Part shown: positions 10,282-19,852 of the stretch, piece by piece
Position numbering within the stretch: position 1 is the first letter of the stretch
Layout: the number at the start of each line of letters is the position of its first letter
IMG/VR virus record: IMGVR_UViG_3300014043_000503
Location: 1 to 64,000 of that record
From: a virus
Taxonomy: Duplodnaviria > Caudoviricetes
DNA: 64,000 nucleotides
Strand: one strand, 5' to 3'
Program-made: the position numbers and the translations under genes
Notes under the pieces: model-generated
Seen by the model: the letters and a program-made list of their open reading frames with translations, nothing else
Databases searched by the model: none
What the model was told of the DNA's origin: nothing

Positions 10282-10602
10282 TCATTTCTCTTTTAATTGT
10301 TCAACCAACTCTTTCAACTCCTTTTGTCTGCGCTCCTTGCAGAATCGGCAGTTGCCTTTGTGGGCAAGATAACCAGATTGTGTAGCGCTATAAAAGCCTT
10401 TGGAAATATCAATCGTTTTAACGATATACTCGCAGCCGTCAACAACAATGACACTATAACCTTTCCACCTGTTTTGATATTCTATCCGTCTTTTTACTTC
10501 CTTTTGTTTCTGTAAGTAGTCGTTATAGCGTTGTTCTTCAGTTCTTGTATCACACCCCACCATCAGCAAGGCGGCAAGTGCTAATAGGATAATCTTTTTC
10601 AT
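10282..10602 (-). CDS. Phage lipoprotein
   Basis: MKKIILLALAALLMVG-C lipobox. Confidence 0.7.
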   Translation of the reverse strand: MKKIILLALAALLMVGCDTRTEEQRYNDYLQKQKEVKRRIEYQNRWKGYSVIVVDGCEYIVKTIDISKGFYSATQSGYLAHKGNCRFCKERRQKELKELVEQLKEK

Positions 10603-10605
10603 ATA

Positions 10606-11115
10606 CTAATCTTCTAATTTAATGTTTTTTATCTCCAACCATTCTTCAAAAGTTGTAGTATTAATAGAGCCGTATTGCTCAAATAAAGAAACTTCTGCAC
10701 AATATTGTTCTTTTGCATCTTGCCTTTTCATTCTCTGCCATTGAATGTTTGGATGAAAGCAAGAAACACAATCCTTTGATTTTTGTTGATATCGATTGTA
10801 TCTTTGGGCAGCCTTCAGAAAATCATTTAAATTTTCAAATTCATCTATGCGTGGTGGCTTGACTGTTTCTTCTTTGACAAAATCAATGTACTCAACTTTT
10901 ATCACGTCAGCATCAACATCCCCTCGTAATAGTTTGTGTAACTTTGCTGGAGAAAATGCTGATTTCCATCTAAGAGGACAAAACACGGTGTAGTTAGCAC
11001 CCCTTCCCGTAAAATCATCAAGCCTGTAAGGAAAACCGTAGCTTGACATGAAGCCGGTTATCTCCATCTTGAACTGTTTAAGTTCTTCTGGGTTACTGAC
11101 GTTTATCTTTCTCAT
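10606..11115 (-). CDS. Hypothetical protein
   Basis: 169-aa ORF. Confidence 0.65.
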   Translation of the reverse strand: MRKINVSNPEELKQFKMEITGFMSSYGFPYRLDDFTGRGANYTVFCPLRWKSAFSPAKLHKLLRGDVDADVIKVEYIDFVKEETVKPPRIDEFENLNDFLKAAQRYNRYQQKSKDCVSCFHPNIQWQRMKRQDAKEQYCAEVSLFEQYGSINTTTFEEWLEIKNIKLED

Positions 11116-11133
11116 ACTCCATGATTATATTCG

Positions 11134-11709
11134 TTAGAGTTTAATTTGCTGTTCGCTTATAAGCCCCATATCTATGAATGGTTCTGGGTCTGATATTACC
11201 ATCTTGCTTCCCTCGAACAACACATACGGTTGCGGAAACATTGATTCAACAGGTTTTACAATCCTCATTTCGCTATGCAGGATAACTCGCTCATGGCCGT
11301 ATCTCATTTCAAGATTTACCAGGCCACGACGATATGTTTCCTTGCCAATTTCCATGAGAGTGTTTTCTATACCATGCTTCAGCATTCTTGAGAACTCTAC
11401 CTGACTCTCAGGTATTCCGGTTATCTCATGCTTGAAATAATAGGTAGGCATCAGGAAACTTCGGACATCTAACATAGTGTTTGACTGAATCAATTCCGTA
11501 TCAGCTGGGATGACCTGTACCTGCTGTTTGAAAAACGGATTGTCGATTTCAGGTAAGGTGCGCTTGACATACTGGATCGGGTATAGACTGTTTGACATTG
11601 CCTCCAGACGTTTGCCAAGCCATTTCTTCCATCTGGGCTTTACATCAGGCCCGTCAGCTATGCAGGCCAGCATGTAGAGAATAGATAAGATGATATACGC
11701 AGTTGCCAT
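11134..11709 (-). CDS. Hypothetical protein with N-terminal hydrophobic anchor
   Basis: Start reassigned to MATAYIILSILY. Confidence 0.6.
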   Translation of the reverse strand: MATAYIILSILYMLACIADGPDVKPRWKKWLGKRLEAMSNSLYPIQYVKRTLPEIDNPFFKQQVQVIPADTELIQSNTMLDVRSFLMPTYYFKHEITGIPESQVEFSRMLKHGIENTLMEIGKETYRRGLVNLEMRYGHERVILHSEMRIVKPVESMFPQPYVLFEGSKMVISDPEPFIDMGLISEQQIKL

Positions 11710-11726
11710 AGTTGTTGTATTGAATG

Positions 11727-11999
11727 TTATTTGACCTGATATAAATACTTCCATCCGATAGCCTTGCGCTTGGCATTGTAGCGTGCCTTGCGCTCCCTGT
11801 TTGTGGTAGGTCTATCAAGACCTGTCTTCCAATAGAGGTTTTGCTTGATTCCGAGAGCCTTCATCTTCCGGCATAGATGCCACATGGAGCATCCTACAGC
11901 CTCTGCCTTTTCCTTGAGGCCGATGGTGTTGTTGCTGAGGATGGAGAGCACTTCAGGACTGTTCCAGTTAATCTTTTTCATATGTCTTAAATTCTTCAA
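11727..11999 (-). CDS. Small HTH-like protein
   Basis: LKEKAEAVGCSMWHLCRKMKALGI. Confidence 0.5.
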   Translation of the reverse strand: MKNLRHMKKINWNSPEVLSILSNNTIGLKEKAEAVGCSMWHLCRKMKALGIKQNLYWKTGLDRPTTNRERKARYNAKRKAIGWKYLYQVK

Positions 12000-12039
12000 A
12001 GATATAATCTTTCAATAAATAAAACAGGAGAGGCAGACG

Positions 12040-12831
12040 CTAAGGTCTGCTACTCTCCAATTGGCGGATTACTCCGCTGCCATAGGCGTCGCGCGTGAGA
12101 GAGATGAACTCGTTGACGGTGTAGGAACCGTTCTCGTAGTCGAGATTGTGCTCGCGGCAGAACTCCCTGCGGCCCACGAAGCAGGAACCGGTGAGGATGT
12201 GGTGCCAGGAGAAGAGCTCGGAGGCTGGAACCTTGACGTCGCGGTCGGGGTATTGCTGGTTGAACCTCGCTATCCGTTCTTCTATAGGGGCGTTCTCTTC
12301 GTATTTCTCACGGGCATCGGCGAGGGCTTGCTTGAGGGTGTCGCCATGCGCGAAGTAGTTGCCGCACTTGGCTATGAAGCAGTCGCTAGTGGTGAGGTCA
12401 TCGTGGAGGATGCGGCCACGGGCGTAGTTGACATGGACGGAATCAATCAGGGTGTTAACGTCATCTATCCTATAAACTTTTTGACCGTTCAAATATTCTA
12501 CGCCATAGCCATCGCCAGAGCCATAGCCAGAGCCATCGCCAGAGCCATCGCCATAGCCAGAGCCAGAGCCATCGCCAGAGCCATCGCCATAGCCAGAGCC
12601 AGAGCCATCGCCATAGCCATAGCCATCGCCATAGCCAGAGCCATCGCCAGAGCCATCGCCATAGCCAGAGCCAGAGCCATCGCCATAGCCAGAGCCATCG
12701 CCATAGCCAGGGCCATAGCCAGAGCCATCGCCAGAGCCATCGCCAGGGGCATAGTCATAGCCAGGGCCTTTTGGATATTCATCAACCTTAAGGAAGTTGA
12801 TGACTTCCGAACGTTCTTCTACTTTTTCCAT
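12040..12831 (-). CDS. Phage protein with Gly-Asp/Ser/Tyr repeat tract
   Basis: GDGSGYG repeats followed by a globular domain (AHGDTL, WHHILTGSC). Confidence 0.75.
   Translation of the reverse strand: MEKVEERSEVINFLKVDEYPKGPGYDYAPGDGSGDGSGYGPGYGDGSGYGDGSGSGYGDGSGDGSGYGDGYGYGDGSGSGYGDGSGDGSGSGYGDGSGDGSGYGSGDGYGVEYLNGQKVYRIDDVNTLIDSVHVNYARGRILHDDLTTSDCFIAKCGNYFAHGDTLKQALADAREKYEENAPIEERIARFNQQYPDRDVKVPASELFSWHHILTGSCFVGRREFCREHNLDYENGSYTVNEFISLTRDAYGSGVIRQLESSRP
12502..12746. repeat. Coding tandem hexanucleotide repeat
   Basis: Mixed gccata/gccaga/gccatc units. Confidence 0.9.
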
Positions 12832-13136
12832 TCTTTCACGCTTTCGATTGATTGAATTGATGCTTCAGAACAGCCGTGAATTTCGATGACGGAAGAGACT
12901 ACGATAGACGGCTCGGTGAGAGTGAACCTGCAATTATCAGGTTCTTTCGTTCCTTCAACGGCTAACTGCGTGATTGAACATGCTCCATACCATTGCCAGA
13001 GACGGCGGCAGTTGAGGAGTTCGACCGTCCACTTGTCTTCTGACTTCTCGGCTTCATTAAGGGTGCCAAAGAATACACCTGCCCCATAGGAGCGGATAAT
13101 AACTTTCTTTCCGATTAGGTTTTGAATTGCTTTCAT
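12819..13136 (-). CDS. DUF6948-like phage protein
   Basis: KVIIRSYGAGVFFGTL...RRLWQWYGACSITQLA. Confidence 0.65.
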   Translation of the reverse strand: MKAIQNLIGKKVIIRSYGAGVFFGTLNEAEKSEDKWTVELLNCRRLWQWYGACSITQLAVEGTKEPDNCRFTLTEPSIVVSSVIEIHGCSEASIQSIESVKEWKK

Positions 13137-13181
13137 ACTGTTTTGTTTAAAAAATTAATAATTCTGGTTTACTAAACTCAT

Positions 13182-13289
13182 AGCGGGGAAGACAGGATTC
13201 GAACCCATTACCCCAGTATGCCAGTGGCAAAGACTGACAAGTGGTTTAACCAATCGGACTCCCTTGTACTTCGGGAATCCCATCCCCAG
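13182..13289 (-). ncRNA. tRNA-like element / pseudo-tRNA
   Basis: T arm atggg-TTCGAAT-cctgt and acceptor-like tgggga/tccccg, non-canonical middle arms. Confidence 0.5.
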
Positions 13290-13427
13290 GTTGCCCCTAC
13301 GCTTAGAGGCTAATAACAATTTTAAAAAATTAAAACATTAAAGGTAATCACCCTCACGGGCTTAATGTAAAATAGATAATAAAAATGGGATAGATAAACA
13401 CCCTCACGGGCTTATGTAATGGAAATA

Positions 13428-13826
13428 TTATTTGTTTCCGAAATCGGCTGGAATCTCACCCCATTCCCTGTTGTTCCAGTGCCTTACCTCTATGTCGCGG
13501 ATCCAGTCATCGCATGCTTTCAGGTATATCTCAGCTTTCTGGAGATACTTGTTACGCTTCTTGCTTGCGGTTGACTTGTTGCGGAACCATGATATTGCGG
13601 TAAGGCTGTCAGAATATATGAGCCTCGGCCTATAGTCGTTGTCAACGATCCATTTGGCTGCTTCCACTATAGCCAGGAACTCACCGATGTTGATCGTCTG
13701 GTTTCCAAGATACTTGTAGAATATCCTCTCTCCTGTCTTCAGGTCTATACCCTGAAACTCAGTGACGCCGTTCTTGGTGGAATGAGCCGCATCAACGGCT
13801 ATCCCCTCGTTGTGCAAGTCCCTCAT
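13428..13826 (-). CDS. rnhA: Ribonuclease HI (B. halodurans-type catalytic domain)
   Basis: IAVDAA, TINIGEFLAIV, IYSDSLTA, WGEIPADFG motifs with the acidic D-E-D-D residues. Confidence 0.88.
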   Translation of the reverse strand: MRDLHNEGIAVDAAHSTKNGVTEFQGIDLKTGERIFYKYLGNQTINIGEFLAIVEAAKWIVDNDYRPRLIYSDSLTAISWFRNKSTASKKRNKYLQKAEIYLKACDDWIRDIEVRHWNNREWGEIPADFGNK

Positions 13827-13828
13827 GG

Positions 13829-14314
13829 CTATTTGTAACCATTGGCATAAGCGCTCTGGACATGAACGGCATCCCAGAACTCATTGACGGTCTCGATGAT
13901 GTTCTTGATATCCGGCCTGCTCGCTATCATGTCGGCCACGGCCTCAGGGTTCCTGTAGGATTCAATCTTGGCCTTCGGATTGTAGATGATCTCCTTGCCG
14001 CCGAACTTGACGGAAATGAAATACTCCTCACCTACGGGCTGGACGGAAACCTTGGCGTTGAACTGCACGGGCTTCACCCTGATTGCCACGAAGCCGTCCT
14101 TTCCGACCATTGGCACAAGCGTAGCCTGATAGAGCACGTTCTCTATGACGTGATGGTAGGTTTCCCTCGCCACAAGGACGATCTTCTTCTTTCTGGGGTC
14201 ATTTTTCCTCACGCCCTTCCAGCTTCCACCTTCCTTGGTGACGAAAGCACAGAGGGCGTTCTCGTCGGTCTTCCCAAACTTGAGATAGACCCTTATCTTC
14301 TTTTCATTCGCCAT
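13829..14314 (-). CDS. Hypothetical protein
   Basis: 161-aa ORF. Confidence 0.65.
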   Translation of the reverse strand: MANEKKIRVYLKFGKTDENALCAFVTKEGGSWKGVRKNDPRKKKIVLVARETYHHVIENVLYQATLVPMVGKDGFVAIRVKPVQFNAKVSVQPVGEEYFISVKFGGKEIIYNPKAKIESYRNPEAVADMIASRPDIKNIIETVNEFWDAVHVQSAYANGYK

Positions 14315-14334
14315 GTCTTAAAATTAGAAATTTA

Positions 14335-14748
14335 TCACTTAATATCCATGTCCCCGATGGAACATTCGTTACACAACTCTATTCCCATCTTCCTCTTGCC
14401 AGGCTCAAGCCTCACCCCGCATTTTGCGCAGAAGTGAAGGATGTGGTTCTGACGTGTCGCAATGATGGCATTGACATACTGAGGTGTCTCGCGGTATTCA
14501 TTGCAGATGGCAGCCTTGATCTCAGGGAACGTATAGGCTTTGTTGCTATCCTCCAACATTGACAGCCCGCCCGTAAGGTTCCTCCAGTCGTTCTTGATAA
14601 GAACCTCCCTGATATAGTCGTAGTTGAGCAGGCAGAGGTCGTTGAAATGCTGGAGCGTGGCAAGGTCGAGGTGCATGATTACGGAAAGCTTCTGAAGGTC
14701 TTTCTCCCTGAGAACCCTCCTCAGCAGGGAATCACTTACCGTCGCCAT
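14335..14748 (-). CDS. Hypothetical protein with C-terminal zinc ribbon
   Basis: CAKC...CNEC. Confidence 0.65.
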   Translation of the reverse strand: MATVSDSLLRRVLREKDLQKLSVIMHLDLATLQHFNDLCLLNYDYIREVLIKNDWRNLTGGLSMLEDSNKAYTFPEIKAAICNEYRETPQYVNAIIATRQNHILHFCAKCGVRLEPGKRKMGIELCNECSIGDMDIK

Positions 14749-15040
14749 CCTTCCTTTCCCTCTCTATGACGTTCAGCGTGACGTTCTTGCTGAACTCTCC
14801 CATTGCAAGGTAAAGCTCATTCAGCATGATCATGATGATGTAGTTGCTGTCATCGTCGCTCATATCATCCCATGATATGCCATCCTTGTCGGCGATACCC
14901 TTGGCAAGCTCGTAGAACTCACTCTCAGGCTTCAGCTCGTTAATCACTTGCGGCATATCCTTCGTGCCGCCAAATAAGAGTTTGCAGAGTCTCATGAACT
15001 TCAGCAAACGCTCGGTTTCCTTTTCAAGAACTTTTTCCAT
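14732..15040 (-). CDS. Hypothetical protein
   Basis: Probable start MEKVLEK. Confidence 0.6.
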   Translation of the reverse strand: MEKVLEKETERLLKFMRLCKLLFGGTKDMPQVINELKPESEFYELAKGIADKDGISWDDMSDDDSNYIIMIMLNELYLAMGEFSKNVTLNVIERERKDGDGK

Positions 15041-15205
15041 GTTATCAAAATTAAATTCGCACATTAATAGAAAACACCGCCGGCCTTCAATTGAAAAGTG
15101 GCGGTATTTTAATAAAATTTAGCAAGAAAAAAAGAGGCCGATTCTCACGAACCAGCCTCTCACAACAATCAAAAATCTTACAGTCCTATGACAGTAAGTT
15201 TACCT

Positions 15206-15559
15206 TTATCTCGTGGTGACATTGTCAACCAGCCTTTCAATCTCACCATAGTTTTCATCAAATTCCTCCTCAGATACACCGTCATCAGGATCCTCCAGCG
15301 CATCGGCATATTCGGATATAAGCCCTGAGACATCATACAGGTCGCTGATATTGTCGTTCATGTCATCAGCCCTCTGGGAAAATTGAAGGTTTTCCGGCAG
15401 GGAATCCACTGCTTCCTGCTCCTCGTCGGCAATCGCCTCAACCTCATCGGCAAGGCTCCTGACCTTTGCCGCTTCCTGTTTCCCGCTGATTATCAGCGCT
15501 TTCATTCCGAGCAGGGCTGTCAGTATGGCTATCAGCCTCTTTCTCCTGTCCTTATTCAT
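15206..15559 (-). CDS. Acidic helical phage protein
   Basis: MNKDRRKRL...EEQEAVDSLPENLQFS; TATATTTG -7 element just upstream. Confidence 0.65.
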   Translation of the reverse strand: MNKDRRKRLIAILTALLGMKALIISGKQEAAKVRSLADEVEAIADEEQEAVDSLPENLQFSQRADDMNDNISDLYDVSGLISEYADALEDPDDGVSEEEFDENYGEIERLVDNVTTR

Positions 15560-15667
15560 GCTGCAAATATAATGATATTTTTTAATTAAACAAAACTTTA
15601 ACCATAAAAACCCGACTCCTTTTCCAAAGAGCCGGGCCGACATTAAAAAATAGATTATGTGGAAACG

Positions 15668-15826
15668 TCAATCGCCAACCACTTCACCGACTGGATGAAT
15701 CTCTTCTTCGCGATACCACCAGCCATCAACCTGATAATAGGCAATACCACGGATATTCTTTACGTCCGTGACTTCCTGTTCCGTTCCGTCTGGTGCCTTG
15801 ACCAGCTCTCCTATTGAATATCCCAT
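15668..15826 (-). CDS. Small hypothetical protein (52 aa, below track cutoff)
   Basis: MGYSIGELVKAPDG... read by hand; CTATTATA upstream. Confidence 0.5.
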   Translation of the reverse strand: MGYSIGELVKAPDGTEQEVTDVKNIRGIAYYQVDGWWYREEEIHPVGEVVGD

Positions 15827-16081
15827 ACCGAATGCTGTCTTGTTACGGGATATAATAGAAAAACTTACTGGAGGGAACAGGTAAAAACATCAGAAATCAT
15901 AGCTCCATACAAAATTATGGTTCATGTCATAGACATATACGTGCTGATAGCCGTTTGTCCTTGCCCACGTCTCAGCCAGTTTCTTCAGGTCATCACCCTC
16001 ATGCTGGGTTATGAGCTGGCAATCATGGCTAAAGGTCATGTGGGTGCTGCAAAAATAGTATGTCCTTGCTTTCATATTCGG

Positions 16082-16414
16082 TTAATCGTAATCTCCATAT
16101 TCAAACAGGTATGCAAGCTCTTCAAAATGCTCATTGGCATAGCTGAAGGCTTCATCATAGTTGTCAAACACCCTGAAATCTATCCAGCCTTTCTTTCCTT
16201 TGAGCAGGCTGGAGCCTCCGGGTTGCAGTCCATAGTCAACGTCAGGCAATACATAGGATTCCTCAATCGGCGAGAGCCAGTTCTTTTCCTTCTCTACCAG
16301 ATAGCCGATCTCCTTTCCCTTGAAGATGATTTCCTGGCAATGCCTTCCTTTTCCAAGGTCAACGCTCTCAGAATATTCAAAACTGAGAGCGTCGTTCGTA
16401 TCGTTTTTCTTCAT
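16082..16414 (-). CDS. Hypothetical protein
   Basis: 110-aa ORF. Confidence 0.6.
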   Translation of the reverse strand: MKKNDTNDALSFEYSESVDLGKGRHCQEIIFKGKEIGYLVEKEKNWLSPIEESYVLPDVDYGLQPGGSSLLKGKKGWIDFRVFDNYDEAFSYANEHFEELAYLFEYGDYD

Positions 16415-16448
16415 TTTATTGCTGTTTTTCTCATTTTATTGTCGTTTG

Positions 16449-17693
16449 TCACAAGTCCGCGAAGTCGATGTGCTTGCCTCCAGTTGCAATCGGGTTGATA
16501 TAGACCTCACGCTCATCCTTCAGCCGGGCAGGACTCACTCCATCATTACAGTGGGCAATCAGGAGCAAGTCAAGCAGGGGTGTGTCCACCAAAGGATTGT
16601 AGCCTTCGCCGATCCAGAACCCCGTGGGCTTCATCTTCTTGATATGCAAGACATTAATGATTGCGCCTCCGGTTGTCTTGGATGGCTTTGTCAGCTGATA
16701 CTTCACAAGCGTACCCTCAGTTTCTACATAGAGGATATCAGACCCCTTGTAGGCTGAGACCGTGACTGGAACACAATCCCCACCCTTCATCTTGGAGATA
16801 TACTTGGAGAACTCCCTTGCATCCTTGTCAGTGAGGGTGACGTGCTCCATTTCATTTTGGCCTGAGATGACGGAGCGGAAATTCGGGAACTTGCCCTCAG
16901 AGGGAACGCTTATCGAGCTGGAATCCCCATAGGTAATCACCAGCGCACTCGTATTGTCATAATCACACTCGCTTTCCTCCTCAGCCCATTCGTAGATTTT
17001 GAAGGAGATGTCTTCATCATGCTTCTTCGCATATTCGCAGATACGCTTCCAGTCCGCCTTCCTGATCAGGCCGGTATATATCTCGTCGGTGGTCTGGGGT
17101 TTCTCGCATATCCTTGAGGGGCTGTCGCTCACCACGCCAAGCATCGTGCCTGAGCTTGCGGCAAAGACGGACGTTCCGGCTGTCATGTTGAACTCTGCAT
17201 AGATATGTGCCATGGTAGGACGCAGCTCATGTTCAACTGTACACTCCACAAGGTTCTCAGAACCTGCGAACACCTTTGAGGGAACCTTGACCTCGGTGAT
17301 GAACTTGCGCTTGTTCCCAGCCTCAGTCTCATACTTGAACAGCACATCGCCCTTCACCTTTGCCTCTTTCTTCCAGAATGCAAGGAGGTGGAAGACATCC
17401 ATCGGAGGGAAGCAGCACTTGAAGCCTCCGACTGAAACCTTGCGGATATGCTCAAGGTTCTCTATCCCAACATTCATTGCCTCTCCAAAAGTGTGAGGGA
17501 ACGGCGTCTCATTGTCTATAGCTTTGTAAAACCATGAGTTGTGCTTGTTGATTTCAGTGAGTGATACCGAACCACCGTTCTTGGCCAGCTCCTTACGGAG
17601 AACCTCGTCCTTGCTGGCTGCATTCTGGAATATCTCCCTTGCAATCTTCAGCATCTCATCATAGATTGCCTTGTCTTTTTCTAATTCTGTCAT
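16449..17693 (-). CDS. Protein with sliding-clamp (DnaN)-like segment
   Basis: ELRPTMAHIY and EGKFPNFRSVI resemble beta-clamp RP.L.G and EG.YP.Y..VIP motifs. Confidence 0.5.
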   Translation of the reverse strand: MTELEKDKAIYDEMLKIAREIFQNAASKDEVLRKELAKNGGSVSLTEINKHNSWFYKAIDNETPFPHTFGEAMNVGIENLEHIRKVSVGGFKCCFPPMDVFHLLAFWKKEAKVKGDVLFKYETEAGNKRKFITEVKVPSKVFAGSENLVECTVEHELRPTMAHIYAEFNMTAGTSVFAASSGTMLGVVSDSPSRICEKPQTTDEIYTGLIRKADWKRICEYAKKHDEDISFKIYEWAEEESECDYDNTSALVITYGDSSSISVPSEGKFPNFRSVISGQNEMEHVTLTDKDAREFSKYISKMKGGDCVPVTVSAYKGSDILYVETEGTLVKYQLTKPSKTTGGAIINVLHIKKMKPTGFWIGEGYNPLVDTPLLDLLLIAHCNDGVSPARLKDEREVYINPIATGGKHIDFADL

Positions 17694-17827
17694 AGCTGTA
17701 TAGGTTTGAATTTTGATATAATAGAATTTTGATTGAATCTGAGAGGGGATAATTACACCTTATTATATATATAATATATCATAGAAAGTGGTCAAGCTCC
17801 AAACAGTCTCTTGAGAAGTAAAAGAGG

Positions 17828-18355
17828 TCAGTACGGCATCTTGTCACATGCTTTCTGCAACTTTTCAAGAAAGGCTTCGTAGTCTTCGTAGTGCTCTTTC
17901 ACGTTATCGAACGGTACACCATTGCCTGGCTGTCCGTTTTGCCACCACGAAAGAACATTCTCGTTGATGTCGAAGTTGTCAATGTACTCTTGCAGATTCT
18001 TTTTCCGTACCTTGTCAAGCGAGATAATCATGTCTTCGCCAGCATCGGTATAGCACTCAAGTTCTCCGTTGCCATGTGATGTGATGTCGAAGTCTTCAAG
18101 ATAGAGTTCGTTGATGTAGTCTTTCCACGGGGTGTCATCAATGTCCAACTCTTTCAAGTCGCCATCCCATTTTACGGTGCAAAATTGGTTGTAGTTTTCA
18201 TAGACTAAAACTGAAAAACCAATTTTGCCGTAAGAACAAAACAACGGCTCAGTCATAATGTCTTTGCCGTGCCAACTTCTTCTCTGGCGATAATTCTCGT
18301 CGTTAAACCTACCTTCGAGAATAGCTTTGCACAGCCTTTTCAAATACTTTTCCAT
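17828..18355 (-). CDS. Hypothetical protein
   Basis: 175-aa ORF. Confidence 0.65.
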   Translation of the reverse strand: MEKYLKRLCKAILEGRFNDENYRQRRSWHGKDIMTEPLFCSYGKIGFSVLVYENYNQFCTVKWDGDLKELDIDDTPWKDYINELYLEDFDITSHGNGELECYTDAGEDMIISLDKVRKKNLQEYIDNFDINENVLSWWQNGQPGNGVPFDNVKEHYEDYEAFLEKLQKACDKMPY

Positions 18356-18357
18356 AA

Positions 18358-18597
18358 TCAGTTTCCCTTGTTAATGAAATACTCTATTGCTGAATGTACG
18401 AGAATATAGTGCGTCTTTGTCTGTCTGCAACTATCTTCCCAGGGATTGTAGATGTCAAGACTCAGGTTCCTGTAAAGTTCTGGAATCTCTTTCTTAATTC
18501 GAGACACCAGCCTTTTATATGAACATTTCCTTGCACCTTTCATCAGCCTGTTCCATTGGTCGATGCTGGTGTTTACACAGGTTGTCTCTAAATACAT
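18358..18597 (-). CDS. Hypothetical protein
   Basis: Start MYLETTC; ends HSAIEYF. Confidence 0.6.
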   Translation of the reverse strand: MYLETTCVNTSIDQWNRLMKGARKCSYKRLVSRIKKEIPELYRNLSLDIYNPWEDSCRQTKTHYILVHSAIEYFINKGN

Positions 18598-18806
18598 ACT
18601 CAGTTCTTTAGTCGTTATCTTCGTAAACGTCAGTAACTTCTCTTGATACACAAGCATCAGGGTTTCTGGCATAGCCGTAGGGATCGCTGTCATATTGTTT
18701 CAGTGCAATACTCTTAGCCTCATTCTCATCTCTTGCATCAACGTATATCGTCTTAGATACCGTTATGTCCAAACTTACCGCATATTTCTTCATAGCTGAT
18801 GTTTTA

Positions 18807-19160
18807 TTAAGCACACACTCTTTTTACAAAATCCTTCACATAGCTACTGTCTATGTCACCGACCTTGATAGGCTTGAAATACATATCACGCTCAACACCA
18901 AGTCCGAATAGGCCATGGATGCTCTGCAGCTCTTTCAGTGAGAAATAGCCGTATTCACCCTCTCCATGGCCGTTAATCACGATACCAAAGCACGTATCTT
19001 TGCCATCAGTATCATACTCCAACACATACCATGTCCAAGCACCGGCAGGATAGAAGAACTTTGCGGTAACGATTGCATCAGCCCCCTTGCCATCCTGAGA
19101 ATAAAGCGGATATTTTGCCATCCGCTCTAACACTTTCTTTGTCAAAAATTTATATTCCAT
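18807..19160 (-). CDS. DUF2958 family protein
   Basis: KFFYPAGAWTWYVLEYD...EYGYFSLKEL...VERDMYF. Confidence 0.8.
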   Translation of the reverse strand: MEYKFLTKKVLERMAKYPLYSQDGKGADAIVTAKFFYPAGAWTWYVLEYDTDGKDTCFGIVINGHGEGEYGYFSLKELQSIHGLFGLGVERDMYFKPIKVGDIDSSYVKDFVKRVCA

Positions 19161-19165
19161 AATCT

Positions 19166-19840
19166 TTATCCGTAAATTTCAGTAACAATATCTTTATAGC
19201 GGTCATACACCTTCAGCACCTCTTCCTCAGTTACGTCTGAATATATAAAATGAAGCCTGGTATAGAAATCTCCGGCATACAGCTGATTCTTGTCGTAGTA
19301 AACCTCGCAGGAAAGCAGCAGGTGCCGGATAAGCTCATGGCGTGTGTAGAGTGAACGCATCTTCGGTTCATCCCATTGCCATATAAAAGCCTTATGGTCA
19401 GCCATGAAATCTTGCTTGACCTTCTCCGTAATGGCCTCCATAGGCGTAGGAGTCCCATCGTTTGCACGGCGTACTATCTCAGCCAGCAAACGGTCACGGT
19501 TCTCGTCTGAGACGGTCAGCATCCAGTCGAAGTTAATCACATGGCGCTTTCCGTTCCATGTCTCACACGTCTGAGGATTATACATACCGAAGCACGACCC
19601 GTCAGGCTCATACACATAGGTATTCACACCGATGTAATTCGGCAACACCTCCTTTGTATAACCCGCCTTGTACCAAAGAGTAGGCAATCCGTTCTTGCCC
19701 CATCCCTTATCGCTGTAAGGATAGCAGTCAGTTACTTCCACCACCACACGCTCACCTCGTGGCGTAGTGCCGTTGAACTCATACATCCTGCGAACCTCAG
19801 AGCAGCAGTCAATTATTCTATATTCGTTTGCCTTTAACAT
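19166..19840 (-). CDS. Hypothetical protein
   Basis: 224-aa ORF. Confidence 0.65.
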   Translation of the reverse strand: MLKANEYRIIDCCSEVRRMYEFNGTTPRGERVVVEVTDCYPYSDKGWGKNGLPTLWYKAGYTKEVLPNYIGVNTYVYEPDGSCFGMYNPQTCETWNGKRHVINFDWMLTVSDENRDRLLAEIVRRANDGTPTPMEAITEKVKQDFMADHKAFIWQWDEPKMRSLYTRHELIRHLLLSCEVYYDKNQLYAGDFYTRLHFIYSDVTEEEVLKVYDRYKDIVTEIYG

Positions 19841-19852
19841 ATCCGTATTTGC

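Noticed and set aside
12061-12855. AIARAIAR and MALAMAL ORFs
   Set aside because: Alternative-frame shadows of the Gly-rich repeat gene.
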